DNA of 55,726 bases, filler included, from Fonticula-like sp. SCN 57-25 (Eukaryota), in assembly GCA_001724245.1 (NCBI GenBank). It is 2 parts of 2 records of this genome, joined end to end, with 100 filler letters (N's around TTAATTAATTAA, not from the genome) between each part and the next. Parts side by side here need not be neighbours in the genome. Positions count along the whole stretch, not along the records: positions 1 to 31,356 come from MEDX01000062.1; 1 more part is not named here. One strand, given 5' to 3'. Of this stretch, positions 1 to 10,843 are shown piece by piece. Under the pieces are notes generated by a model. It had not been told where the DNA came from. It ran no database searches and saw only the letters and a list, made by a program, of their open reading frames with translations. The position numbers and the translations under genes were made by a program. The first letter of the stretch is position 1. Each line of letters begins with the position of its first letter.

Positions 1-282
1 CTCTGATCTTTATCGTTCTTTCTCTGATCCTTTCTATAGCTCTTATCCTTTGTAAAGGTCAATGACCTGGGTAAAAATAATAACTATTACCAACCCTAAA
101 AACCCTAGGATTGGTGTGTCAGCAAACTTGCTGATTGACTGTTTGATATGTGGAGGAGTTTTACCAATCGGTGGATCCTGTTGATGAAGCATAGAAAGTG
201 AAATAGCTTAGCTGGTGTATTGAACATATGATACGAATGAATATGAATCATAAATAATATACATTAATATCGTTCGTAAATT

Positions 283-2537
283 TTACCGGAGGTCGCGGGA
301 TGTACGGTCATCGTACCGCCTCTTACTATCGAAGTGGTCTTCTCGATATCGAGAGTGGCTTCGCTCTTCCCTGGACGGCGAGTGTCGGCTTGGTCGATGA
401 CGTTCGTCGCGCGTTGCATACCGATCGTAACGGCGATGGGTACTGCGGCCACTATCATTGTACGGATTTGGCGATGGTGACCTTGATCGTGAGTTTCTGG
501 AACTATGCCTAGTGCGATCAAAATATGTCCGATGGGGATTCGGGGGTCGTGCCGAAGGAACACGCCACTTACTAAAGCAACGACGTTGCACATCGCGCTG
601 ATCCACCGAGGACAAATGGCTATGATACTAATGTGAGAAGACGAATCGAGGGTGAAAACGGTTCGTACTCGTCTTGAAGATACTTGAAAATGTCATGAAG
701 AGCAGTGATCTGCTTCTCACAGTTGCTATCAACCAAGCATGTTAGTGATTTCATTATCAAAAGATGACGGTCGCACCGAACATTCTCCTCATACATATAG
801 CGGCAGAAGGCGGCGTCCTTGATCATGACATCCGCCTTGATAAACTCGGAAATGTTACTGCCCGAGTGCGAATCTAATCCGTATTGAATCGGTCAATAGA
901 CAATTTACCAACCATCTATATCGTACCCGGTAGTTCGTGAAGGGCTTGGTTCACGTCAATAAAGTATTTTATAACTGCGGGGTTCCGACAACGCAGCCCA
1001 GACGCAATCAGATATCTACAATCAACATGAGCTTACACCTAGCCAGTATTTTCATATGTACCGCTCAGAGTTGGCTGGTCGACTAGTAAGAGGTTTGATG
1101 ACGGCAATATCTTGAAACTCGCGAAACATTACGTAGATTAGACCAACGGTGAATGTAGTGAATGTGTCAAATATTTTGCAGACAAAGGTGCCGCCTTCTC
1201 GTAATGTGCATAGCGCAGTCAAAAATTGGCAAAGGATAAGCCGCTTCAAATGCTCTTCCTGGTAATTTTCATCGCCGGCCACGCTAAACCCCTGTAGACA
1301 TTGTTTAATAAACATAGTCAATACAAATGGGCAAACGCACGCCGTCCGACATGGCGAGGTCGACGCCGCGACCATCAGGGGTAGCGTTTGTTACCGCCTC
1401 GGCAAACGAGCGAATATTCTCCCATTTGTAAACATTGCCCGTTCCATCTGGGCCGTACACGACATTGAAATCCTCGCGCCAGTGAGCATCGGGGTGAAAC
1501 TTGTGCAAGGTCCAATCGCAGTCCCCCTATACTGGAGTCAGTGAAGGAATTCAAACCAGAGTTCACACCTTGAGGGTGAACCCAAGACCGCGCGACTTGC
1601 CACGGCCCATTCGCCATAACACATACTCTAAATAATAATTGTAAACATCATGAATAAAGGGAATCGTCACGCCGCGCACCGGTGAACCCGCCTGGGCCAG
1701 CGCACACGTCAGTAAAATAGAGCTTTGGATCCTGCGGTGTGGTTTCCTCGCCGACTCCAACCGGAAACTACACGTTTTGTCGTCAGAAACAATACGTATA
1801 TCAGCTGGCGTACACGACGGTCCAGCAGCTTGAACAGGTAGTCCATGTTTGCCATCTTGACGGCGGCGCGGTTGATGAAGATCGACCTGCCGACAGCCTC
1901 GTATGGGTTGGCGCGGTTGCGCGCTTGCAAGAAATCTTTCTCAGGAACACCGTCAAAGCGCGACTGCAAATCATAATGTGTAAATACTAACGCGCTTCCA
2001 CACAATGCCCAGGCGCACCTTGGCTGCGAAAAGTGTAGCGACCAGCTCGGGATTCATGAAAGCCGAGTAATCTGGCGCGGAGTTCTGCAAGCTACCGTTG
2101 GATGCCGGTTCGGATATGCAATTTTATGCGCACATTGCTGAGGAGAACTTGAGTGGGCCAGTAGGGCTCCGTGGAGGCGTTGGTGTTGGCGATGGAGACG
2201 ACCTGCTCGTCGACATCGATGAAGCGCGCAACATCAACATCCGTGTGAATCCGCTTCTCATAAAGCTGCGCAGCGGCTGCGGGTCAGCGTTAATCACTGA
2301 CATTAAATAAAAAGCATAAGCGCAATTCGTACGTTCGGCACCAAGACCAAGATGTTGAGGCCGCTGATTCACCTCGATTGGAGACGCAAACGCCGCCGCC
2401 CTCTCCGGCGTCACCTCGATTCCCTTAAACAAGAGGCGCGCACCGAGCGAGCCGGCAAGTCCACTGAAGGTGCTACCAGACTCGCCGTCGACGCTAACCG
2501 CGTCGGCCGTTGCCGCGGGCGTCCCCGAGTCCCCCAT
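283..2537 (-). CDS. CMTR1: Cap-specific mRNA (nucleoside-2'-O)-methyltransferase 1 (G-patch + FtsJ/RrmJ-like MTase), multi-exon
   Basis: G-patch-like N-terminus (LGARLLFKG...[14 protein letters not shown]). MTase motifs [46 protein letters not shown] and [13 protein letters not shown] are spread over short exons. The C-terminal [15 protein letters not shown] is followed by an R/S/D-rich tail. Exon boundaries inferred. Confidence 0.9.
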
Positions 2538-3709
2538 CGAGGGCAAGGCAAAGTGTCGCGGCTCATTTAGGGGTGTATCCCGCGCTATGGTGACATGATG
2601 CTGACTATGGTGACACAAAATAGCCGGGTTTATTTCGGGGCCGCGTGCTCAGCTGCACATTGCCTCTGAAAATAGTAGGACCCGGTCGACCCGCAGCCGA
2701 TTCCATAAATCCTGCTCGGCGCCAGCATCCTGGCACCATCGCTCGCGGGCCGCGGCAGCCGATTTGGCGGGAACTGAATCCAGGCCAGATTTTTAACATG
2801 GCGTAATATGACTTTTGGCTGTACGACGGGGCGCGGCGGCGACATCGCGGCCTGTACCTGCTCAATGGCTTTGACCAACGTAAACCTAGTACTTGAACGG
2901 GGCACCGCTATCATCCTGGCTACATGCCGTTGATGTTTGTACAGATCACTGACTAGAGGCAACCTGCCAGCAGGCTAACCTGTGTGCTGACGCAGTGTGG
3001 GTGGCAGATGACACATCACACGATGCTGCGGCGCTGATGTGGCTGGCTGGAGCCCAAGCGGCAAGGCCGTCGCAGTATTTTCACCTTTGGGTAAATGAGC
3101 CAATTTTTTTGATCCATATTTTTGGTGGTTGTGCCGAGCGTTGTAGATGGCCGAGCTCCATGCACTACCTCGTCGGCGATCTTGAGTCGATTGCTCAGCT
3201 CGAACATGACATGTGGCTCTGATGCGAGAACTATCTGAGTATAAAAGAATTTTCGCGCATAATGCGGCATTATATACACATTTGTATGCAATGATTTCGT
3301 GATCACAGACGCATCGATCCTGTTGTAACAATATCGACGATGAATCAAAAAGATGCACGATGACAAAAGAGTTGAACCGCCATCACGACGACAAAGTGGC
3401 CGAAGCCTGTATTCAAGCAGAGTGCACTCTCATGACAGTGGGCTGAAGTGCATATACTCTACGTCGCTGCTTGCTGGCTGTCGCCCTGAGCGCGCGACTG
3501 GTGGAAGGTTTTAAACCGACATGTGCTTTGCTACCCTGGCTCCTGCATCACGTCAACAATATTCTGGTAATAAATATACCATGCGAGCTTAGTATTATTC
3601 ATGTTCTTTTGTCTTATTTATTGTCATTCTAGTATGTGGTTGGATAAATTGATAAAGGAAACGTCGATACTCGCCTCTCGCAATGAATGGGTTGAAGTAG
3701 TCCCACCTA

Positions 3710-5312
3710 TTAAATTGCGTCCGAGCGATTAGGAACAGGAGGGGTCGCCGAAAAAGTGCCAAAGGTTTCGAGAAGATATGCAAAAGTACGCCAAAAAACT
3801 TCCTCAGAGAGCCTAGCTGGGACCAACTTGAAGCGAATGGCATCGAGAGAAGGCCACGACTGAAGCGCAACCCGTGCGTCCTCGATATGCTCGCCAAGAT
3901 CATACACAAAAGTATCTGGCACCTGCGTATGGTGCAACAAGTCGACGGTGAGGATAACGTCGCCCTTTTCGTCCCTCTGCGGCTCGCCGGCATCCTTCGC
4001 CACGAAGAGCTCGGCTTCCTCGCCAGTGCCCGCACCGCTGCTTGACGCCTCAGGATGAGCAGCCGCGGGCGCCGCGTAGCGCGCATCCAGTTCAACGCCA
4101 TATGTGCGCAACACAAGCTGGAGCGTGCTATACAAGTAGCGGCGCCAGAATTCGTCGCTCTCCAGGCCCGCCGTCGTTGTCGCGTACTCGTGCACCTTTT
4201 CGAGCTCGGGCACAAAGCCGACAAGCGCGGTGCGAAGCTCGTCCCATTCCGCCGCCTCATACACAAATCGGTGCGGCGGCAGGCGGTTCCAGATGTTGCG
4301 CTGAAGCGACGCCTGCACAACCATATGGTGAAGGTGCTGCGACGCAGACGCCTCCAAATCGGGAAGCAAGTCCCTCACAGACTGCGGTACGGCGTGCAAA
4401 GGAAAGACAACTACAGGCGGGGGCGCTTGAGCAGCGGCATCTTCCTTCGCCTCGTCGGCTGCATGCGGCGGTTGAAGACCTGCCGCGGCGTCGCGGGCCT
4501 CCGCCGGCGTGTCCGACTCCACCGTAGAGTTATCGTCGTCGTCCTCGTTGTACACCTCCACTATATCGGACGCGCACACGGGCGTGGCGAGGTCGCCAAA
4601 GACGTACAGGGCGCGGAGCTGCCACCCGGCGGAAAGAGACCGAGTGTCAATGTACACAATTCCCTCCGCAGAGCCCTCCGGTACGTATTGATAGCTTCCC
4701 ATGCGCGGCGACATTGTAATCCGCGTCGGGAGGCAGTAGTAAACCTGAATGTAGTCGGAAGACGAGTGGTCCGCGCGGGTCCGATACGTGACGGCGAGCG
4801 GCTCTCCCACGCGGACAATGCTCGGGCACACAACAGAATAATTCTCTTCAAAACGCGATTGAGAGACTACATTCTGCAGTGACTCTCGGCAGGAAACATC
4901 GCCGTCGGGCACCTCGTGGTGAAGCTGCAGCGCCGTACGACCGTAAATGTCGCGCAAGTTGGTCATCGTGCCGAGCCGAAGAAGAGCCTGAACTACCTCC
5001 GTCTCGCGCTGATGAACAGCATAGTGCAGCGCAGTCCAGCCGCGTATACAGCGCGCGTTTATATTTGCACCACGGTGAACAAGCTCATCCAGGATCGCGA
5101 TCTTATCGGGGATCGACATTGCGGATTTGACCGTCAGAATGAGGGGCGTCCGGCCCTTTGCCCCGATCATCTACGCCCGCGCCGTGAGCAAAATCAAACA
5201 CGCAATATATGGTCCGCACCTCTAAAGAGGGGTTAAGCTCAAGCTGGCGCATGACCTGCTCGCGGTCTCCCGCCACCACCGACTGCACAAGCGTCGACGA
5301 ACCCGCGCCCAT
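3710..5312 (-). CDS. Ankyrin-repeat protein with a putative Ig/SKICH-like middle domain and two BSD-like motifs; probable N-myristoylation
   Basis: Exon 1 (MGAGSS...) joins the 3710..5170 ORF through a GTGCGG..TAG intron. Ankyrin motifs GRTPLIL, GWTALHYAV and GRTALQL. BSD-like LESDEFWRRYL and RFKLVPARLSEEVFWRTF. Confidence 0.7.
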
Positions 5313-5435
5313 CCTGGTCGAGGTCTGTGCAGGGTCTGCGACAGTCAATTTCCCCACGTGGTCAAACCGTTACTCTGATCCGCTCTGCCTCTCTGATTTT
5401 CAAAACTCTCGTTGTTGTGTTCCGCCATTGTTGGG

Positions 5436-7546
5436 ATGGACACGCTGTCGCCTGGGTTGGGAAGCCCTGCCGGCCGCGCGCTGCGCCCTCGCGCTCATTT
5501 TTTGGTATCGTCGGAGAATGGAGCCCTCGCGAGCCCTCGCTCGAAATCCGTCGCAAATCGCATGGTGATTGGCAACGGAAAGCTGGCGTCGCCTGCAAGG
5601 ACCCCGTTGGGATTGCATGCCGAGGTGCGTTTTGTGGCTTGACGAGGCTAGAACTTAACTGCGGTTGCGCAGAACCTTGCTCTATCGCCTTTGTCGCCGC
5701 GTCGGCTGGCTGCAAAGGTGCAGAGTCCGCTTGCGACGCGCACTCGGCAGCACAAGCCCGTCGCCGTTTTCGTGGATGATGCGGACGTGAAGCCTGTCAA
5801 GGCCCCGATGCGCAAGGCGCGCGCAGTTCAGGTTGATGAGGAAACGCTCAGTATCACTGGGAACAACTGTTACGACCCGGAACATGCAGACGCCCCTGTA
5901 GTGCTCCGCGCGGCACGCACCCGCCGCCCCGCCCGCAAGCTTCACGTACGTCCTTGTCGCGTTCGTTTTGTAACCTAACACGAACAAACAGAGCCCAATT
6001 CGGGGTGATTCTGCCCGCGTCAAGGATAACCTTTTGGTTGACAGCTTTGGCTTTACGCACGAGCGCGGCGCCGACGGTTTGCCCTCCGACGCTGTTTCAT
6101 ACAGGGAGGCCATGCCTCGGTGGTCGACCCTGGCCATGACAGAACAGGGGGCAAAGTGGAAAGAAGCGCTTCAGGTCAGCGCTGTCTGTGAGGCAAATCC
6201 GTCCGTTTCGTATGTAAAGAACAAGTATGTTTTGGCAAACTACCTTTCGGTGCACGATGACCCGAACCATTCTGCCGTTATGCACACGATCCTGCAGGAC
6301 ATTCCGCGCACCTACACGACTCACGTGCTCTTCTTTGACGAAACATGCGCCATGCGCCAGACGCTGTTCAATGTTCTTGTCACGTATTCGACGGCGGTGC
6401 CTGCGGTCGGCTACTGCCAGGGCATGTCGTACTTGGTCGGGGCGCTGCTCATGCACATGCCCGAGGAGGACGCGTTCTGGGCGCTCTATGCGCTCTTGTC
6501 GAGCAAGACGCACCTGGAAGGATGTACGATGCCGCTCTCTGCCCAGACTGTTTGTTTGCATTTGCTGACGGTGCCCTAGTTTACGACCCCGAGCTGAGCG
6601 AGCTGCAGTGCAAGGCCGATGTCTATGAGTCGCTACTCGAGACGCACGACCCCGAGCTCGCGTCCCACCTGCAGGGCTCGGGCCTCGTGTCGCTCATGTA
6701 TGTGACTCAGTGGTTTATGCGTGTGTACACTTGCCTGCCAAACTGGAACCTGGCCCTTTTCGCGCTGGACACCGTTATTAGGGGGGGCTACGCGTCCCTG
6801 GTCCAGCTCGCCTTGGAAATCGTGCGACTGTGCCGCGCAGAAATCCTGGCGCAGCCAACAATCAACACTCTACTCCCGCTGCTCCACAATATCCCGCTCT
6901 CCATTGTGACCGTCAGCGCGCTCTCCAACGCCATGCTCGCCCCGCTTGTTGCTGCCAGTGATGTCACCCAGGCGTACACAAAAGTGTCGGCCGAGCGGGC
7001 ACAGCGAGGTTCGCCCATATTTCAGCGCGATTATCACACACTAACACTTTTGCTACAGCGCGCGAAATGCAAGAGCGGCGACTGGCACGCAAGCGCGAGA
7101 GCAGCAGCGGCGCAGAGACGCCCTCGGCGTCGTCAAAGCGTGCGCGTGTGCAGCCTTCGCAGTCGGGGTACCTTGACCGGCTCGTCCGCCACGTCACGAC
7201 GCCGTTCAAGTCTCGCGCGACGGCGGCGGCGCCTGTGAGCGTTCGCCGGTCCCCGCGCTTCACGCCGGCAGCCAAGCCGGCGCCGTCCGTGACAGCGTCC
7301 GCTTCGGCGTCACTCGCCCGGATGCGCTCGCCCACTACATTTTCGCCGACATCGTCGCGCTCATTCACGACGTTCGCCACGCCGACGCCGTTGCGGGATC
7401 GCAACACCAGGCGGCTGGCCGCGGAGGAGGAGGATATGCAGGCGGCATTGCTAGCGACGCCACCGAGCGAGCGCCACGAGCTCGTCGCTTTTTCGTTGTC
7501 GAGTGCCGACCTTTCCCTCTGCGGAATCCCGCAGCTGTACTTGTGA
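5436..7546 (+). CDS. TBC-domain Rab GTPase-activating protein, multi-exon
   Basis: TBC motifs ILQDIPRT, VGYCQGMSY, EEDAFW and YVTQWFM. Introns at 5625, 5946, 6524 and ~7008 join the ORFs in frame. Confidence 0.9.
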
Positions 7547-7649
7547 TGTTTGTTTCTCTATTTTGCTTTTCGCCTTAGAATTGTTCTTATTTATACACTT
7601 TTATACAATTAATATCGTGCCTTGACCGTTAACCTTGCCTCGACCGAGG

Positions 7650-8306
7650 TCAAAGAGTGTCGCGGCGGACCCACGACGGATCGAGCTTCACCTTGCGCTC
7701 GACAGTGTTGTACCAGTCCTGCATAATGCGCATGGCCGCGGCGTCGGTGTTTGGGCCCATGAAGCTGGACACGTAGTTGTAAAAGTGCTGGAGGAGCTTT
7801 CGCGCGATCGTCATGACCTCGGCCTCCTCAGAGGCGCCGACGCGTGTCAGCTGCTTGCTCGCCGCACCCGCCGCCTTTTCGCGCATTTGCTCCTGCACTA
7901 CGGCCTCTGGCTCTATCGAAATGCCGATCTGCGCAACCGCCGTGGCCGGAGAAGGGCTCACAAAGTTGGACGTCGCGCCTTCGCCGTCCATCATCACATC
8001 GCCGTCGTACGTGCTGCCTCCCCCGGACGACGACTTGACCCCGCTAACGCGGAATATCGCGCTCGGCTTTTCGTTGCTCAGCGCCCCGAGCAGTTGCCAG
8101 CTCATGGCGCCGTCCTTGGGCCACCCAAAGTGCACCGTCGCCGCAAAGCCAGGACCAAACGGCATTGCGCCCGTCAGGAAAACGACCATGTGCCCAATGC
8201 TGCCGGCATCCGGGACAAGAAAGACAAACTTGTTGGCGTCTACCTGCTGCGCGTCCACTCGCACAAGTTGCCCGCTGGCGATAAACCCAAACATGTTGGA
8301 CGCCAT
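7650..8306 (-). CDS. HIKESHI: Hikeshi/OPI10 family (DUF775) Hsp70 nuclear import carrier
   Basis: MFGFIASG, HMVVFLTG..PF, WQLLGALSNEKPSAIF, AQIGISIEP, WYNTVERKVKLDP. Confidence 0.9.
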   Translation of the reverse strand: MASNMFGFIASGQLVRVDAQQVDANKFVFLVPDAGSIGHMVVFLTGAMPFGPGFAATVHFGWPKDGAMSWQLLGALSNEKPSAIFRVSGVKSSSGGGSTYDGDVMMDGEGATSNFVSPSPATAVAQIGISIEPEAVVQEQMREKAAGAASKQLTRVGASEEAEVMTIARKLLQHFYNYVSSFMGPNTDAAAMRIMQDWYNTVERKVKLDPSWVRRDTL

Positions 8307-8492
8307 CCCCTCGGCTGCTAGAACGATCGACGGGTATACCTGTGCACAATGCTGTGGGCAAGTTACCAGGATCATTTTTGCTAGAACTAGGTATGTGCCT
8401 GAGCGCAAGTCTTTGGAAGCTCTGCGGCAATGCGAAATTACTGCTTCATAATATAAACTTTACAATACAATTGGGGGTTGCTTTTTTGGTTG

Positions 8493-10696
8493 TTACTTGC
8501 CGCGAATAAAGGGATGACGGAGAGCCTGTTCTGCGGTCAAGCGCTTGGCGGGATTCAGGTGGAGGCACTGGTCCAAAAAGTCCACGAAACGACGGAGGGA
8601 AAGCACCTCGTCTTCCGCAAGGCCGCTAAGGTTGCCGAGCAGCATCGTCTTTAGGTCTCTTGTCGGCGTCGCGGTGAATGTCAAATGGCGCACGACCGTC
8701 TACGGCGGGCGTTAATTCCAAGCAACCAAACGCACCAGCGCGCACCTTTTGGGTCGTCTTGTCGTCCTCGACCGAGATAAATCGGAACGTATCGTCAAAG
8801 AAGCGCGTCCCAAACTGGCTCTTGCGGATCTGCTTGTGCGGCATCATCCCCTTCACCTCCATCATGAGGCGCAGCATCTGGTTATTGGTCTTGCCGGGGA
8901 AGAGAATCTTGCCGGTGTAGAGCTCAAAGAGTGTGCACGCAACGGACCAAACGTCAATGGCCGAGTCGTACGGAAGCCCCAGGATGATCTCTGGCGCGCG
9001 GTAGAAGCGACTGACCAGGTACGGCGTAATGTCGCACTCGTCCGAAAAGGAGGCAGAGCCGAGATCGCACAGCTTGATGAGCGTCTTGCGGTCGTTGATC
9101 AGGATATTGTCGGGCTTGATATCGGCGTGAAGCACGTTACACTGCGCAAGCAGCGAAAGCGACAGAAAGAGGTGCTGCGCAAAGACGCGCACGGCGCGAA
9201 GGTTGAGGCCCACATTGCGGCCCACCGTGCGAACGAGCTCGCGAAGATTCATGTGAAGCGACTCGAACACAAGGCAGAGGTGGCCGCGATGCTCAAAGGT
9301 CGCGACAAGCCGTACCAGGTGCTTCTTGTCCGACGGGTCCGCGTCATTAAGCTTGCGCAATATCTGAAGCTCCTTCTGGCCCGCCTTGTACATCGTCTCA
9401 TTGCTGCGAATCACCTTGATCGCCACCTCGCGACCCGCATTGTCCGATATATCCAGCGCCTTGACGACCGAGCTAAACACGCCGCTCCCGACGTACGTCG
9501 TGATGCGGAAGCGACCGTCGAGAACCTCGCCGACCTTGGTCTCTAGCAAGTGAAGCGCACGTTAGACAACAAATAGCTAAAGTCCAATCCGTACTGTAGT
9601 ATCCCTCCTCGTCGTCCCAGTTGTCCTTGAGGTTCAGGTTCTCCTTTGTTGGGGCGCGTGTGGCGGACGCGGCCACCTCGGCGGCAACGTTCGGGCGGGA
9701 CAGGCCGAGAACATTAGCCGGCATGGCAGACGGCGGCGCAAACATATCGTCGTCGTCGTCAATGGGCTTCTTTGGCTTCCAGTAAACCGCGGGGGCGGCC
9801 GGCGCGGCCGGCGCAGCAGCTGGAGCGGGCGCTGCTTGTTCCGTAGTGACAGCGGCTGTGCGCGCGGGAAAGGCGCGGTCCCGTCGTTCGTCCGTGTCGT
9901 CAATTTCGTCCACCGCGGCCGAGTCTGTGCCCACTGAAGCCGCGCGAGCTGCAAAGAGGTTTGCGGCGTCGCTGCCCTCCATGTTGAGCTCGACCACGTC
10001 GTCGGGGGCCGCGGTCGGCGTGGCAACGTCACCCGTGTCACTATCCTCGCTGTCCGTGGCTGCCGCCGCCACGGGTGAATCGGTTGACCGGAGAGACGCA
10101 AGCCGCGCGTTCACCGGGGGGCCGGCGGCCGCAGCGAGAGCCTGCGTGCGCATCCGGATAAGCTCTTGGGTTCGCTGCTCTTCGATCTCCTTCGCCCGCA
10201 GCTCCGCCTCGATCTTGCGCGCAAACTCAAGGTCGTCCTCTTCCTCCTTGTTGTCATCCACGGCAAAGGAAACGCGTGGCGGAGAGCGGTCACGGCGCCG
10301 GTGGCTGTCGTCATCCCGCCGCCGATGTCCCTCGCCCCGACTGTCACTGCGCTGCCGCTCTCGGCTGCGGCTTGAGCGGTCGCGACTGAGGCTCCGCCGC
10401 TCGCGGCTACGACTCCGCCGCCTTGTGCGACTGTCCCTCCGCGACCGCTCGCGACTGTCGCTCTGGCGGTCCCTGCCCGAACGCTCGCGGCTTCGGCTCC
10501 GATGCCTTTTGCTGACACCGCCGCGATCGCGGCTCCTGCTGCGGCTGCGACTACGGCTGTCTCGCCTGCGACGCCTTTCCGGTGAGCGCGACCGCTCGCG
10601 AGTCATACCATGCTCGGTTCCAGAATGGTTGCGCACGGTCCCGCGGCTGACCGCGCCATCCTGAAGCTCGCCCGCCTCCAGCTCACCGTCCTCCAT
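8493..10696 (-). CDS. PRP4K: PRP4 kinase (RS-rich N-terminus, CMGC kinase)
   Basis: RS-rich N-terminus, DNWDDEEGYY, GSGVFSSVV, HADIKPDN, CDLGSA and ITPYLVSRFYRAPE. Two introns inferred. Confidence 0.95.
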
Positions 10697-10843
10697 TTCC
10701 AGGCGGAGCACAGCGTGCAAACTGGATTGATGTTTGCAAGTCGCGCAAACCTAATCCAGTTTGCAGGTCACACGTCAATTCCTTTGGCCCCATCTGCCGC
10801 GTGAGGCTACCGAGACCACCGCACCTGCAGGGTGGCCGCACGC

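Noticed and set aside
92-108. AACCCTAA/AACCCTAG telomere-like motifs near the window start
   Set aside because: Only two imperfect, non-tandem copies; not a telomeric array.
43-192. 49-aa minus-strand ORF (MLHQQDPP...) with a hydrophobic stretch
   Set aside because: Short, AT-rich and without a recognisable motif. It may be the first exon of a gene leaving the window, but this cannot be supported.
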